46,569 nucleotides of DNA from an uncultured Alphaproteobacteria bacterium (GCA_902535885.1 CACAVG010000001.1:1-46569); one strand, 5' to 3'; shown: positions 8,733-21,404, counted from the first letter of the stretch. A program made the numbers and translations. Notes: generated from the letters alone by a model not told the origin.

Positions 8733-9252
8733 TTGGAGTTAAAAATGAATCTGGGTGAAACTGTAATCCATAGACTTTATTAATATCATCTTCAACCGCC
8801 ATTGCTACATTTGTTTTTACACAACGCATTGTAATTATCATTGATTGAGAAACAAATGGTTCAGCCATTTTTAAGGAATGATATCGACCTCCTAAAAAAT
8901 TAAAATTTTTTTTAAAAATTGATTTATCGTTAGTAACTTTAATATGACTCTGATAACCATGAAGAATATTTTTTTGTTGAACTATTTTAGCTCCTTCACA
9001 AAAAACTATTTGTTGGAAACCTAAACATATTCCTAATATTTTTTTCTTTCCTTTATATTTATTATAAATCTTAGTTGTTAATGGATAATCTTTTGGTTCA
9101 CCAGGGCCTGGCGAAAGAACAATGGTCGAAGATTTTTCTAGTTTTGTTTGATCTATTTCATAATAATTTGAAACAAATGTTGGCTCAATACTATCTAGTA
9201 GATGAGCTAAATTGTATGTGAATGAATCTTCGTGATCAATGAGATAAATCAT
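8695..9252 (-). CDS. pabA: Aminodeoxychorismate/anthranilate synthase component II (glutamine amidotransferase)
   Basis: 185 aa. Class I GATase motifs ILGICLGFQ and LQFHPDSFLT are present. It sits between pabB and pabC. Confidence 0.8.
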   Translation of the reverse strand: MIYLIDHEDSFTYNLAHLLDSIEPTFVSNYYEIDQTKLEKSSTIVLSPGPGEPKDYPLTTKIYNKYKGKKKILGICLGFQQIVFCEGAKIVQQKNILHGYQSHIKVTNDKSIFKKNFNFLGGRYHSLKMAEPFVSQSMIITMRCVKTNVAMAVEDDINKVYGLQFHPDSFLTPNGKYLIKKILSH

Positions 9253-10457
9253 TAGTTAAATAGATCTAAAAGTGATTTAGCTTTAATATAATTTTCATTA
9301 TATTCTTTTTTTGCGGTACTGCCTAAGATCACACCACTAGCAACTGATAATTCGATATCATTTTTAAAATTAAGTAGTGTTCTAATCATTATGTTAAATC
9401 GCATATCACCATTTGAATGTATAATTCCAAAACTGCCTGTATAAATATTTCTGTCAAATTTTTCTTTTCTATTTAGAAGTTGAATAGTACTAATTTTTGG
9501 ACAACCAATGACTGAACCACCTGGCATTAAAGAAGAAATTATATCATGGTTACTCATTTTATTTTTTATAACTCCCTTGATTGTCGTAACGTAATGAAAA
9601 AGATCTCGATATTCCTCGACTTTTTTTAGTTTATCTATTTTTACAGATCCAGTTTTACAAATTTTAGACAGATCATTTCTTTCCATATCAACAATCATAT
9701 TATGTTCTTTAGTTTCTTTTTCATTTCTTCTAAAGAATGTGATAGCTTTATTTTTATTTAAATGTTTTGTTTTTCTTAATGTTCCAGCAATAGGTTTAGT
9801 TCTAATTGTGTTATCTTTTTTCAATATGAGTGTCTCTGGTGAACAACTTACAATATTATAGTCTTTTTCCCTTATAAGAAAACTTTCAGGTGATTCATTC
9901 ATTTTCATTAACTTCCAAAAAAGATCAATAGAATTGATATTGCCTTTTTTCGAATATGTTTGAGCTATTTTAATTTGATAAGTTTTTCCCTGTTTAATAT
10001 TTTTAGAGAAATCATTAAATATCTTAGAGTACTGCTTTAAAGATAAATTGAGATTAAACTTTTTATTTAACTGTAAATATTTTTTTGTATTTGTACTTAT
10101 TTTTCTAAAATTGGGTTTAATGCTTTTGATTATTATTTTTTTACCAATACTAATTTTGGTTTGTGGCTTGTAAAATACACCGCTATGAAAATTTTTAGAC
10201 CGCTGTTTTGGAAACTTTATTCCTATATTTTCACAAAGAAGTTTATAACCAAAGAAACCAACGTAACAATTCAATTCTTCAATCTTAGATTTTTTTGATT
10301 TTGATTGGATATTAAGAAAATATTTTAGATTTTTTTTATTAATAATAATTCTTCTAGAAAAATCAGTATAGATGTCATAACCCTTATCAGTTTTATAAAT
10401 TATAAGAGGTTTATCTGATTGATATAGTCTATTTAGATATTCTTTATTGTTCAGCAC
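9252..10457 (-). CDS. pabB: Aminodeoxychorismate synthase component I (chorismate-binding enzyme)
   Basis: 401 aa. Motifs SPESFL, IAGTLRK, VDMERNDLSKIC, PGGSVIGCPK, YTGSFG are present. The pabA/pabC/fol context favours PabB over TrpE. Confidence 0.75.
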   Translation of the reverse strand: MLNNKEYLNRLYQSDKPLIIYKTDKGYDIYTDFSRRIIINKKNLKYFLNIQSKSKKSKIEELNCYVGFFGYKLLCENIGIKFPKQRSKNFHSGVFYKPQTKISIGKKIIIKSIKPNFRKISTNTKKYLQLNKKFNLNLSLKQYSKIFNDFSKNIKQGKTYQIKIAQTYSKKGNINSIDLFWKLMKMNESPESFLIREKDYNIVSCSPETLILKKDNTIRTKPIAGTLRKTKHLNKNKAITFFRRNEKETKEHNMIVDMERNDLSKICKTGSVKIDKLKKVEEYRDLFHYVTTIKGVIKNKMSNHDIISSLMPGGSVIGCPKISTIQLLNRKEKFDRNIYTGSFGIIHSNGDMRFNIMIRTLLNFKNDIELSVASGVILGSTAKKEYNENYIKAKSLLDLFN

Positions 10458-10485
10458 TTGATTCTATTATAATTAGGATACTTAT

Positions 10486-10908
10486 ATGAAAAGTTTTTTT
10501 ACTAAAATATTCTTTTTTTGCTTAACAGTCACATGGTCTTTAGGTCTTTTTGCACATGGAACTATCATTTTTCCAAATGTAGAACATGGTGATGGTTACA
10601 TTGATGTTAAGATATATGACTCAAAAGAGAGCTTTTTGGATGAAGAATTAGCAATTGAGAGCGTTAGAAAAAGAGTTCAAAAGGGTGAAGTTGTAGTTCC
10701 TTTGAGTAAGATCCATGAAGGAAAAATAGCAATTGTTGCCTATCACGATGAAGATTCAGATGGAAAATTAAAGACTGGATTATTCTGGAGACCAAAAGAA
10801 GGTTTTGCCTTTAGTAATAATTATCAACCAAAAGGTCCTCCATCATTTGAAAAAGCCGCAATCATTTTAGTTCATGGCGAACCCGTGGTAATAGAACTTA
10901 ATTATTAA
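10486..10908 (+). CDS. Secreted DUF2141 family protein
   Basis: 140 aa. It has an N-terminal signal peptide (FFFCLTVTWSLGLFAHG) and the DUF2141-like block HDEDSDGKLKTGLFWRPKEGFAFSNN. Confidence 0.55.
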   Translation: MKSFFTKIFFFCLTVTWSLGLFAHGTIIFPNVEHGDGYIDVKIYDSKESFLDEELAIESVRKRVQKGEVVVPLSKIHEGKIAIVAYHDEDSDGKLKTGLFWRPKEGFAFSNNYQPKGPPSFEKAAIILVHGEPVVIELNY

Positions 10909-10919
10909 AAATTATATTG

Positions 10920-12302
10920 ATGTCATTACAGTTACAAAACACATTAAGTGGTAAAAAAGAGTTTTTTAAACCAGTTAATCCAGATCATGTAAGAATATAT
11001 GCTTGCGGTCCAACTGTTTACAATTTTGCGCACATAGGTAATGCACGTATGGCAGTTGTAAATGATTTATTAGTCCGTGTATTAAAAACACAATTTAAAC
11101 AAGTGACCTATGTATCTAATATCACTGATATTGATGACAAGATTATAGAAGCTTCTAAAAAAACAGGTGAGGACATTAGTGTTATCACAAATAAATATAC
11201 AGAGATTTACAATAATGACATGAGTGCACTTGGCGTTAATCTTCCCGATATTCAACCAAGAGCAACTGATCATATTAAAGAAATGATCGAGTTGATAAAA
11301 AAATTAATTGATGAAAATAAAGCTTATGAAAAAGAGGGTCATGTTTTATTTCATGTGCCAAGTTTTGATAATTATGGAATTCTTTCAAAAAGAAATAGAG
11401 ATGAACAAATAGCTGGAAGCCGTGTTGAAGTAGCGCCGTTCAAAAAAGATCCAGCAGATTTTATTTTATGGAAACCATCTCCCTCACCCCTACCAGGTTG
11501 GGATTCACCTTGGGGATTTGGAAGACCAGGATGGCATTTAGAGTGCTCCGTTATGTCAGAAAAATCATTAGGTCTTCCTTTTGATATCCATAGCGGTGGT
11601 ATTGACTTGGTGTTTCCGCATCATGAAAATGAAATAGCACAAACTTGTTCTATATCTGAAAATAAAGATCCTAAAGATTTTGCAACTTATTGGTTTCATA
11701 ATGGATTTGTTAATGTTGAGGGAGAAAAAATGTCAAAGTCAATTGGCAATATTAGACTCGTTCATGATCTCAATAAAAAATACAAGGGAGAGGTTTTGCG
11801 ATTAACATTGTTGTCAGCTCATTACAAACAGCCATTGAACTGGACAGAAGAAATCATTGAACAAAATAGCAAAATGATAGATCGACTTTATAGAGTTCTA
11901 TTAGAGCTGTCAGAAGTTGAAATAGATTCTAACTTACCTTCTAATTCTATAATGGAATCATTTTTAGATGATTTGAATACACCTAAAGTCATTGCAAAAC
12001 TTAATGAAGAAGCAAATGATGCTTCATCTGCATCTGATGAAAGAAAAAAAGAAATCAAAAAAAATCTTCTTTCTGCCGGTAAAATATTAGGTATTCTTGA
12101 AGATGATCCAGGAAATTGGTTAGGCTATAATCAAAAAGATACTGAAAATGCTGAAGAAATTGAAAGGTTGATAAATGAACGTAATGAAGCTAGACGCAGT
12201 AAAAATTTTAATTTGGCAGATACTATTAGGGACACATTAAAAGATAAAGGCATAGAAATAGAAGATACTGATAAAGGAACGATTTGGCGGAAATCTAGAT
12301 GA
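10920..12302 (+). CDS. cysS: Cysteine--tRNA ligase
   Basis: The HIGH-type motif (NFAHIGNAR) and KMSKS are present. The track ORF starts at a TTG at 10917, but the adjacent ATG at 10920 is more likely the start. Confidence 0.95.
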   Translation: MSLQLQNTLSGKKEFFKPVNPDHVRIYACGPTVYNFAHIGNARMAVVNDLLVRVLKTQFKQVTYVSNITDIDDKIIEASKKTGEDISVITNKYTEIYNNDMSALGVNLPDIQPRATDHIKEMIELIKKLIDENKAYEKEGHVLFHVPSFDNYGILSKRNRDEQIAGSRVEVAPFKKDPADFILWKPSPSPLPGWDSPWGFGRPGWHLECSVMSEKSLGLPFDIHSGGIDLVFPHHENEIAQTCSISENKDPKDFATYWFHNGFVNVEGEKMSKSIGNIRLVHDLNKKYKGEVLRLTLLSAHYKQPLNWTEEIIEQNSKMIDRLYRVLLELSEVEIDSNLPSNSIMESFLDDLNTPKVIAKLNEEANDASSASDERKKEIKKNLLSAGKILGILEDDPGNWLGYNQKDTENAEEIERLINERNEARRSKNFNLADTIRDTLKDKGIEIEDTDKGTIWRKSR

Positions 12303-14224
12303 GTGAAAAGATAATAATTACGTTTCCAGATGGAAATAAAAAAGAAGTTGATAAAGGCATCAGTGGTCTTGAACTGGCAACGCAAATTTCTAAATCTCTT
12401 GCCAAAGAATCAGTCGCTATAAAAATTAATAATGAGATAAAAGATATTAGTTTACCTATTAATGCTGATGCATCTGTATCAATTTTAAAAAGAGATAGCG
12501 AGGAAGCACTTGAATTAATACGACATGATTGTGCTCATGTAATGGCAGAAGCTGTCCAAGAATTATTTCCTGGAACACAAGTTACAATTGGTCCAGCAAT
12601 TGAAAATGGTTTCTATTATGATTTTGCAAGAGATGAACCTTTTACTGTTGCTGATCTTCCAAAAATTGAAAAGAAGATGCACGATATCATTCAACGAAAT
12701 AAAAAATTCATAAGAGAAGTATGGTCTAAAGAGGAATCAATAAAATATTTTAAAGACAAAGGTGAAGACTATAAAGTTGAATTAATTAATGATCTGCCTG
12801 ATAGTGAGGAAATCAGCATTTACAAACAAGGTGATTGGTTAGACTTGTGCAGAGGTCCTCATATGGTTTCAACAAAACAAATTGGTAAAGCTTTTAAATT
12901 AATGAAAGTTGCTGGTGCTTACTGGCGAGGTGACTCATCTAATGCAATGCTAACAAGAATTTATGGAACGGCCTGGGCAACAGAAAAGGATCTTGAACAA
13001 CACCTTTTACAAATTGCAGAAGCAGAAAAAAGAGATCACCGAAAACTAGGAAGAGAAATGGATTTATTTCATTTTCAGGAAGAGGCCCCTGGAGCGGTGT
13101 TTTGGCACCCTAAGGGTTGGAAATTATTCCAGTCGTTAATAAATTATATGCGAAACAGACAAGACAAAGCAGGTTACGTAGAAACTAATACACCAGACAT
13201 GATGGATAAGTCTCTATGGGAAACGTCTGGTCACTGGGACAAATTTAGTGACATGATGTTTAGAACTGAAGCAAAAGACGATAAAATTTATGCTATCAAA
13301 CCAATGAATTGCCCTGGCGCTGTAGAAATTTTCAAACAAGGATTAAAAAGTTATAGAGATTTACCATTTCTATTATCTGAATTCGGAAAAGTACATCGTT
13401 ATGAACCATCGGGTGCTCTTCATGGATTAATGAGGGTGAGAGCATTCACACAAGATGATGCACATATATTTTGTACAGAAGATCAAATTACACAAGAGAG
13501 TAAAACGGTATGTGATTTGATACTTAGTATCTATAAGGACTTTGGTTTCGATAATGTTAGAATTAAATTTTCTGACCGTCCTGAAAAACGCGTAGGGGAT
13601 GATACTATTTGGGATAAAGCTGAGGCTGCATTAATGCAAGCCATGGAGGCAACAGGTCTTGAGTATACACTCAATCCAGGAGAAGGTGCATTTTACGGTC
13701 CAAAATTAGAGTTTGTTTTACGAGATGCAATTGGCAGAGACTGGCAATGCGGAACACTACAAGTAGATTTAAATTTACCTGGAAGATTAGGAGCTACTTA
13801 TATTGGAGAAGATGGTAATAAAAAAATACCAGTCATGTTGCATAGAGCTTTATTTGGTTCCTTAGAGAGATTTACCGGTATTCTAATTGAACATTATGCA
13901 GGCCATCTTCCCTTTTGGCTTTCACCATTGCAAGCAGTAGTTGCTACAATTACATCTGATACTGATGAGTATGCATATGACGTACAAAAAGCATTAGTAT
14001 CAAAAGGAATTAGAGCCGAAATAGATACCCGTAATGAAAAAATTGGTTATAAAATACGTGAACACAGTAATAGTAAAGTGCCAGCAATTATCGCTGTTGG
14101 AAAAAAAGAAGCTCAAGATAAAACAGTATCCGTTAGAAGAATTGGCTCGTCTGAAACAAAGACCTTTAAATTAGAAGATATTGTTACTAGCTTATCTAAA
14201 GAAGCAAAGTCACCAATAGAATAA
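12299..14224 (+). CDS. thrS: Threonine--tRNA ligase
   Basis: 641 aa. It has a TGS domain N-terminus, class II motifs ([30 protein letters not shown]) and an anticodon-binding C-terminus. ATGA overlap with the cysS stop. Confidence 0.95.
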   Translation: MSEKIIITFPDGNKKEVDKGISGLELATQISKSLAKESVAIKINNEIKDISLPINADASVSILKRDSEEALELIRHDCAHVMAEAVQELFPGTQVTIGPAIENGFYYDFARDEPFTVADLPKIEKKMHDIIQRNKKFIREVWSKEESIKYFKDKGEDYKVELINDLPDSEEISIYKQGDWLDLCRGPHMVSTKQIGKAFKLMKVAGAYWRGDSSNAMLTRIYGTAWATEKDLEQHLLQIAEAEKRDHRKLGREMDLFHFQEEAPGAVFWHPKGWKLFQSLINYMRNRQDKAGYVETNTPDMMDKSLWETSGHWDKFSDMMFRTEAKDDKIYAIKPMNCPGAVEIFKQGLKSYRDLPFLLSEFGKVHRYEPSGALHGLMRVRAFTQDDAHIFCTEDQITQESKTVCDLILSIYKDFGFDNVRIKFSDRPEKRVGDDTIWDKAEAALMQAMEATGLEYTLNPGEGAFYGPKLEFVLRDAIGRDWQCGTLQVDLNLPGRLGATYIGEDGNKKIPVMLHRALFGSLERFTGILIEHYAGHLPFWLSPLQAVVATITSDTDEYAYDVQKALVSKGIRAEIDTRNEKIGYKIREHSNSKVPAIIAVGKKEAQDKTVSVRRIGSSETKTFKLEDIVTSLSKEAKSPIE

Positions 14225-14227
14225 AAA

Positions 14228-15229
14228 ATGAATAACATGCAAGGAAAGTTTCCAAGTACAAGACTTAGACGTAATAGAATGAAAGACTTTTCTCGTCGTT
14301 TGGTTGCTGAAAATACTCTAAGTGTAAATGATTTAATCTTGCCTCTATTTGTATGCGAGGGAAATAAGGTTGATGATCCTATTAATTCAATGCCTGGTGT
14401 TAGCAGATACTCTATTGATAAACTTTTAAATGAAGTAGAGAAAGCTGTTAAATTTAATATTCCTGCTATTGCAATTTTTCCGCAAATTGAAAGTGGCCTT
14501 AAAAATTCTGAGGGAAGTTTAGCTGTAGATGAAAATAATTTGGTGTGCAGATCAATTAAAAGTATCAAAAAAGATTTTCCAAATATTGGTATTGTATGTG
14601 ATGTTGCGTTAGATCCTTTTACGGACCATGGGCATGATGGTTTAGTTATAAATGATAAAATAGATAATGATAAAACTTTGGAGGTTTTGGAACAACAGGC
14701 TCTAGTCCAAGCGAATGCTGGTTGTGATGTAATCGCCCCGTCGGATATGATGGATGGAAGAGTGGGAAGAATAAGAACTGCATTAGATTCAAACAATTTA
14801 GCAGATACCCTTATTCTCTCTTATGCCGCAAAATATGCTTCGGGTTTTTATGGACCATTTAGAGATGCTATAGGTTCTGGTTCTAATTTGGGTAAAGATG
14901 GTAAATTAACATATCAAATGGATCCATCAAACAGTGATGAAGCTATTAGAGAAGTTGGATTAGATATAAGTGAAGGTGCAGATATGGTAATGGTTAAACC
15001 TGGTATGCCTTATCTTGATATTATTTCTAGAATAAAATCAGAATTTAAAGTTCCAACTTTTGCCTACCAAGTATCTGGTGAATATTCGATGATAAAAGAG
15101 TCAATTAATAAAGGTTGGCTTAATGAAAAAGTTGTAATGGAATCTCTTTTATCTTTTAAAAGAGCTGGGGCAAATGGTATACTGACTTACTTTGCATTAG
15201 AAGCTGCTGAAAAATTAAAAAATGAATAA
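14228..15229 (+). CDS. hemB: Porphobilinogen synthase (delta-aminolevulinate dehydratase), Asp-rich (zinc-independent type) metal site
   Basis: 333 aa. Motifs [15 protein letters not shown] (Asp-rich rather than Cys-rich), MVKPG and YQVSGEY are present. Confidence 0.95.
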   Translation: MNNMQGKFPSTRLRRNRMKDFSRRLVAENTLSVNDLILPLFVCEGNKVDDPINSMPGVSRYSIDKLLNEVEKAVKFNIPAIAIFPQIESGLKNSEGSLAVDENNLVCRSIKSIKKDFPNIGIVCDVALDPFTDHGHDGLVINDKIDNDKTLEVLEQQALVQANAGCDVIAPSDMMDGRVGRIRTALDSNNLADTLILSYAAKYASGFYGPFRDAIGSGSNLGKDGKLTYQMDPSNSDEAIREVGLDISEGADMVMVKPGMPYLDIISRIKSEFKVPTFAYQVSGEYSMIKESINKGWLNEKVVMESLLSFKRAGANGILTYFALEAAEKLKNE

Positions 15230-15237
15230 CATTCAAT

Positions 15238-15697
15238 TTGAAAAAAAGAAAATCTATAGAACAAGTTGAAGAGTCAAATGAGCTTGCTCCGAAATTTGAT
15301 TCAAATGGTCTAATACCCGTTGTAACAACAGATTTTTCATCTGGTGAACTACTTATGCAAGGTTATATGAATGAAGAAGCTTTTAAAAAAACTATAAGTT
15401 TGGGTGAAGCTGTTTATTTTTTCTAGAAGTAGAAATACCCTTTGGCACAAAGGTAAAACAAGTGGATTAACGCAGAAGATAAAAGAAATAAGAATTGATG
15501 ATGATCAAGATTGTGTTTGGTTAAGGGTTGATGTTAAAGGTGGTGCTAGCTGTCATGTAGGATACAGATCATGTTTTTATAGAAGTATTCCATTGGATAA
15601 TTCTAGCTCTAAAGTTGTTCTTAAATTTGAAGAGAAAGAAAAAGTTTTTGATCCTGAAGAAGTATATAAAGGTGCCCCAAATCCTACTAAACTATAA
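15238..15697 (+). pseudogene. hisI: Phosphoribosyl-AMP cyclohydrolase (monofunctional HisI), split by one extra T in a T6 run; this may be an assembly artefact.
   Basis: ORF 15238..15426 ends ...GLIPVVTTD...[26 protein letters not shown] 15404..15697 contains [31 protein letters not shown]...[10 protein letters not shown]. Removing one T from 15417-15422 gives the canonical ...[16 protein letters not shown]... junction. The start is a TTG at 15238. Confidence 0.85.
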
Positions 15698-16287
15698 TGT
15701 CAGACAAATTAAAGTTTATTGAGACTAGTAAACTTCCAACAGATATTGGGGAGTTCACTGTACATGCCTTTACAGATGAAAATGAATCTAAAGATCATTT
15801 AGCAATATGTATGGGTGATTTGCTTACCGATGAGCCAGTTTTATCAAGAATTCATTCGCAGTGTATTACAGGGGAATCTTTTTTTAGTATGAGATGTGAT
15901 TGTAGATTCCAACTAACTGAATCATTAAAACAAATTGCTCAAAATGGAAGAGGGGTTATTTTTTATCTTCAACAAGAAGGAAGAGGCATTGGTCTTTCAA
16001 ACAAAATTAAAGCATATAGCTTACAAGATAAGGGACTAGATACCGTTGAAGCTAATCATCAACTAGGTTTCAAAGATGATGAGAGAACATATGAAAATAT
16101 TGCTGGAATGGTAAAATATTTAGCAATCAAAAAATTAGATTTGATGACTAATAATCCAAAAAAAATAAAAGCGCTTGAAGATATGGGTATCAAAGTAAAT
16201 CAAAGAGTTCCTATATTCTCAGACACAAATAAATATAATGAAAAATATATCTCAACTAAGAAAAGTAAACTTGGTCATTTAATCTAA
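15697..16287 (+). CDS. ribA: GTP cyclohydrolase II (stand-alone, not fused to RibB)
   Basis: 196 aa. Motifs RIHSQCITGE, CDCRFQL, QEGRGIGL, VEAN..LGF and LMTNNP are present. TAATG overlap with the hisI stop. Confidence 0.9.
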   Translation: MSDKLKFIETSKLPTDIGEFTVHAFTDENESKDHLAICMGDLLTDEPVLSRIHSQCITGESFFSMRCDCRFQLTESLKQIAQNGRGVIFYLQQEGRGIGLSNKIKAYSLQDKGLDTVEANHQLGFKDDERTYENIAGMVKYLAIKKLDLMTNNPKKIKALEDMGIKVNQRVPIFSDTNKYNEKYISTKKSKLGHLI

Positions 16288-16692
16288 GTGGAAGCAGATA
16301 ATTTAATTAAAAAACTCAATATGATTAGTCATCCTGAAGGAGGGCATTATGTTGAAATTTTTAAGAACGATAATGTTAGTCAAATTTATTACCTATTAAA
16401 AAAGAGTGAAAAATCACATTGGCATCGATTAACTAAAAATGAAATATTACATTTTTATTCTGGAGATCCTCTAGAAGTTTTCACATCGAATGATGGAGTT
16501 AATTATGAAGTTTTTTCTTTAGGGTCAGATCATAATTATATTTACACCGTAACAGCAAACACATGGTTTGCTATGAGATCTTCTGGTGCTTTCAGTTTAA
16601 TTGGATGCACTGTCGCACCTGCTTTTGATTTTGATGATTTTGAACTTGCACCTGCGACGTGGCGACCTGAAAATTTCAAAATTGAGTTATAG
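16288..16692 (+). CDS. Cupin superfamily protein, DUF985-like
   Basis: 134 aa with a GTG start directly after the ribA stop. HPEGGHY..., SHWHRL, EILHFYSGDPLE and the C-terminal GCTVAPAFDFDDFEL fit DUF985. Confidence 0.6.
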   Translation: MEADNLIKKLNMISHPEGGHYVEIFKNDNVSQIYYLLKKSEKSHWHRLTKNEILHFYSGDPLEVFTSNDGVNYEVFSLGSDHNYIYTVTANTWFAMRSSGAFSLIGCTVAPAFDFDDFELAPATWRPENFKIEL

Positions 16693-16740
16693 TTTTCACT
16701 TTTCTTTAATTTAAATTCTTTATATATTAGTAATAAATAA

Positions 16741-18888
<2,148 letters not shown>

Positions 18889-18907
18889 AAATAATTTAAA
18901 TTAATTT

Positions 18908-18938
18908 AAAAGTGGAACTTTAAGTTCCACTTTTTTTA
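18908..18938. terminator. Bidirectional intrinsic terminator between katG and the convergent small ORF
   Basis: aaagtggaac / gttccacttt is a perfect 10-nt inverted repeat (about 18909-18918 and 18924-18933) around a short loop. A T7 run (18931-18937) follows on the plus strand, and an A-rich stretch lies on the other side. Confidence 0.7.
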
Positions 18939-19256
18939 TTTTGGCATATTGGTTGCGCCAGTTTCTAATGAAATTATTTTACCATCTTTATATTTGTATA
19001 CTGCCATCACAGCTTGGGTGTTACCGTCTTTGAAAGTAACGAAAGAGTGATGTATCCCAATCTCGTCATTTTCATATACAATTCTAGACTTATCATCATT
19101 AATGTCGTCGCTCATAGCCCAGCCTATAACGTCAGACTTTGATAAAACATTACCACTAGAATGCATTGTAAATTTGAAATCATCATGGATAATTTCATTC
19201 ATTCCTGCTTCATCTTTTTCATTAAATACCTTCATGTATTTTTCTAGTATTGACAT
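18936..19256 (-). CDS. Small NTF2-like / SnoaL-like protein (hypothetical)
   Basis: 106 aa. It is the only sensible ORF in this interval. The pattern (N-terminal helix ...FNEKDEAGMNEIIHDDF, then beta-rich) resembles the NTF2 fold. No catalytic motif was recognised. Confidence 0.4.
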   Translation of the reverse strand: MSILEKYMKVFNEKDEAGMNEIIHDDFKFTMHSSGNVLSKSDVIGWAMSDDINDDKSRIVYENDEIGIHHSFVTFKDGNTQAVMAVYKYKDGKIISLETGATNMPK

Positions 19257-19311
19257 ATTTTCTCCTAGTATAAGTATTTTATATAGGAATTTATTTTAAA
19301 TAAGTATTTAA

Positions 19312-20283
19312 TTATCTTTCTTTAATGTAAGGTTGTCCAATAGCATTAGGTGCAATTGCTTTACCTACAAAACCAGCAAGCAATACTACTGTTAGTATAT
19401 ATGGAAGTGCTTGTATTAATTGAACTGGTATTTCGCCAATTGCAGGTAGTTCAACACCTTGAAGTCTGATCTGAAGAGCGTCTGTAAATCCAAAGAGCAA
19501 GCAAGCAATTAAAGCTGTTTTAGGATGCCATTTTCCAAAGATCATTGCTGCTAATGCTAAGTATCCTCTTCCCGCTGACATTTCTCTGAAGAAATTTGCA
19601 TTAACGGCAGTTGATAAATGAGCTCCCGCAAAAGCAATTAAAACTCCATTGATTGCTAGTGCTTTATATCTCATAGTAAACACATTGATACCAGCGGTAT
19701 CTACTGCACTTGGATTTTCTCCGACTGCTCTTAGACGCAAACCAAAGCTAGTTTTAAATACTATCCAAAAAACTAGTGGGACAGAAAGATATGCTAGATA
19801 AACAAAAACATAATGACCACTTAATATATCACTATAAAGTGTTCCAATAACCGGAATATCTCTCAGTGCATCAGCAAAAGGAAGATGAATTTCTAAAAAA
19901 CGCTGATCTTCATTTAAAGTTGGAGTCAGACCCGCTTGCCCAAACCACGCAGCTGCTAAAGCAGTTGTTAAACCAATAATTAAAATATTTATAGCAACAC
20001 ATGATACTACTTGATCACCTTTGTGCGTTACCGAAGCAAATCCATGTAACATTGATAAACACACACATATAATTATAGCCAATAATAAACCTAGCCATGG
20101 GTTACCTAAATAGTAAGAACCAACAGCTGCTACAAATGCGGCCATAAGCATTTTACCTTCTAAGCTAAAATCTATTACGCCAGATCTTTCAGCAAATATA
20201 CCAGCCATTGCTGCAAAAACTAAAGGTGTAGATATTCTTAATGTAGAATTAATTAAAGAAGCAATATCAGATAAAAATTCCAT
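19312..20283 (-). CDS. ABC transporter permease (BMP/nucleoside-type uptake system)
   Basis: 323 aa, polytopic and hydrophobic. It belongs to the same operon as the second permease, the duplicated ATPase and the BMP binding protein. Confidence 0.85.
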   Translation of the reverse strand: MEFLSDIASLINSTLRISTPLVFAAMAGIFAERSGVIDFSLEGKMLMAAFVAAVGSYYLGNPWLGLLLAIIICVCLSMLHGFASVTHKGDQVVSCVAINILIIGLTTALAAAWFGQAGLTPTLNEDQRFLEIHLPFADALRDIPVIGTLYSDILSGHYVFVYLAYLSVPLVFWIVFKTSFGLRLRAVGENPSAVDTAGINVFTMRYKALAINGVLIAFAGAHLSTAVNANFFREMSAGRGYLALAAMIFGKWHPKTALIACLLFGFTDALQIRLQGVELPAIGEIPVQLIQALPYILTVVLLAGFVGKAIAPNAIGQPYIKER

Positions 20284-21404
20284 TACACATTTACCTCTCT
20301 ATTAAGTCTTCTAACAAAAAAGCTTTCTATTTGTGGTCTAAAAAGATTTTCTAATGCACCACTAAATAATATTATTAATCCCTGAACAGCAACAAACATG
20401 TATCTAGTTATGTTTGGCATTTCGAAGGTAACTTCTGATCCTCCTTGGTATAAAATTCCAAATAAAAATGCTGCTGGTAAAATACCAATCGGATGATTTC
20501 TGCCCATTAATGCAACTGCAATTCCTGTGAATCCATATCCTGCTGGAAAGCCTGCTTGAATTTTATGACTTACACCAAGAATTTCATTGACGCCAAGTAG
20601 ACCTGCTAAACCTCCAGAAATACACATCGCGATGATAATATTTTTATGCGGTGATATTCCTGCATATATTGCTGCTTGAGTATTGTGTCCTACTGCTCGC
20701 ATTTCATAACCCCATTTAGTTTTCCAAACTAAAAACCAAACAAAAAATAATGATGCAATTGCTAATAAAAAAGTCAGGTTAAGTGGTGAATATCTTATTT
20801 TGATTCCAAGTATTCCAGAGAATGCTTCAAAGCTCGGTAACCAAATTTCTTCTGGAAGCTTTACTGTATGAGGTGCCATTTGATTTGTATCTCTAATCAC
20901 ATCTACAAGTAAGAAAATCATTAAAGATGAAGCAATAAAATTAAACATAATTGTTGTAATAACAACATGACTTCCTCTTTTTGATTGAAGATAAGCAGGT
21001 ATGTAAGCCCATGCTGCACCAAATAAAAATGCACCAAAGATTGCCAAAAGCCAAACGATTGGAACAGGAAGAAAACTTAAATTTATTGCTACTAAAAAAA
21101 CACCAAGACCACCTATATACGCTTGTCCTTCCCCACCGATATTAAAAAGTCTGCAATGAAAAGCTACAGCAAAAGCTAGCCCAGTAAAAATAAAATTTGT
21201 TGTGTAATAAAGTGTATAAGCAAATCCTTGGATATAACCAAATGATCCATAAATAATTAACTTAACAGCTTCTATTGGATTTTCACCTGCAATAAAAACA
21301 AAAAGTCCTGAAACTAATAACGCTAATGTTAAGTTTACTAATGGAACAATAACATTAGAGACCCACCATGGAACTTTTGACTTATCGACTACAATATTAC
21401 TCAT
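20283..21404 (-). CDS. ABC transporter permease (BMP/nucleoside-type uptake system)
   Basis: 373 aa, polytopic. It has 1-nt overlaps with both neighbours. Confidence 0.85.
   Translation of the reverse strand: MSNIVVDKSKVPWWVSNVIVPLVNLTLALLVSGLFVFIAGENPIEAVKLIIYGSFGYIQGFAYTLYYTTNFIFTGLAFAVAFHCRLFNIGGEGQAYIGGLGVFLVAINLSFLPVPIVWLLAIFGAFLFGAAWAYIPAYLQSKRGSHVVITTIMFNFIASSLMIFLLVDVIRDTNQMAPHTVKLPEEIWLPSFEAFSGILGIKIRYSPLNLTFLLAIASLFFVWFLVWKTKWGYEMRAVGHNTQAAIYAGISPHKNIIIAMCISGGLAGLLGVNEILGVSHKIQAGFPAGYGFTGIAVALMGRNHPIGILPAAFLFGILYQGGSEVTFEMPNITRYMFVAVQGLIILFSGALENLFRPQIESFFVRRLNREVNV

Noticed and set aside
14113-14796. 227-aa ORF on the minus strand overlapping the thrS end and hemB
   Set aside because: It is antisense to two strongly supported conserved genes. 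Its Ser/Leu/Ile-rich composition is typical of a shadow frame and it has no recognisable motif. Its length comes from the relatively GC-richer, codon-biased sense genes.
15404-15426. prfB-style programmed +1 frameshift as the explanation for the hisI break
   Set aside because: The slippery run followed by a stop is suggestive. However, no SD-like stimulator is present at the short spacing seen in prfB. Three other genes show the same one-extra-base homopolymer defect without a following stop, so a sequencing artefact is more parsimonious. The possibility is retained only as an alternative in the findings.
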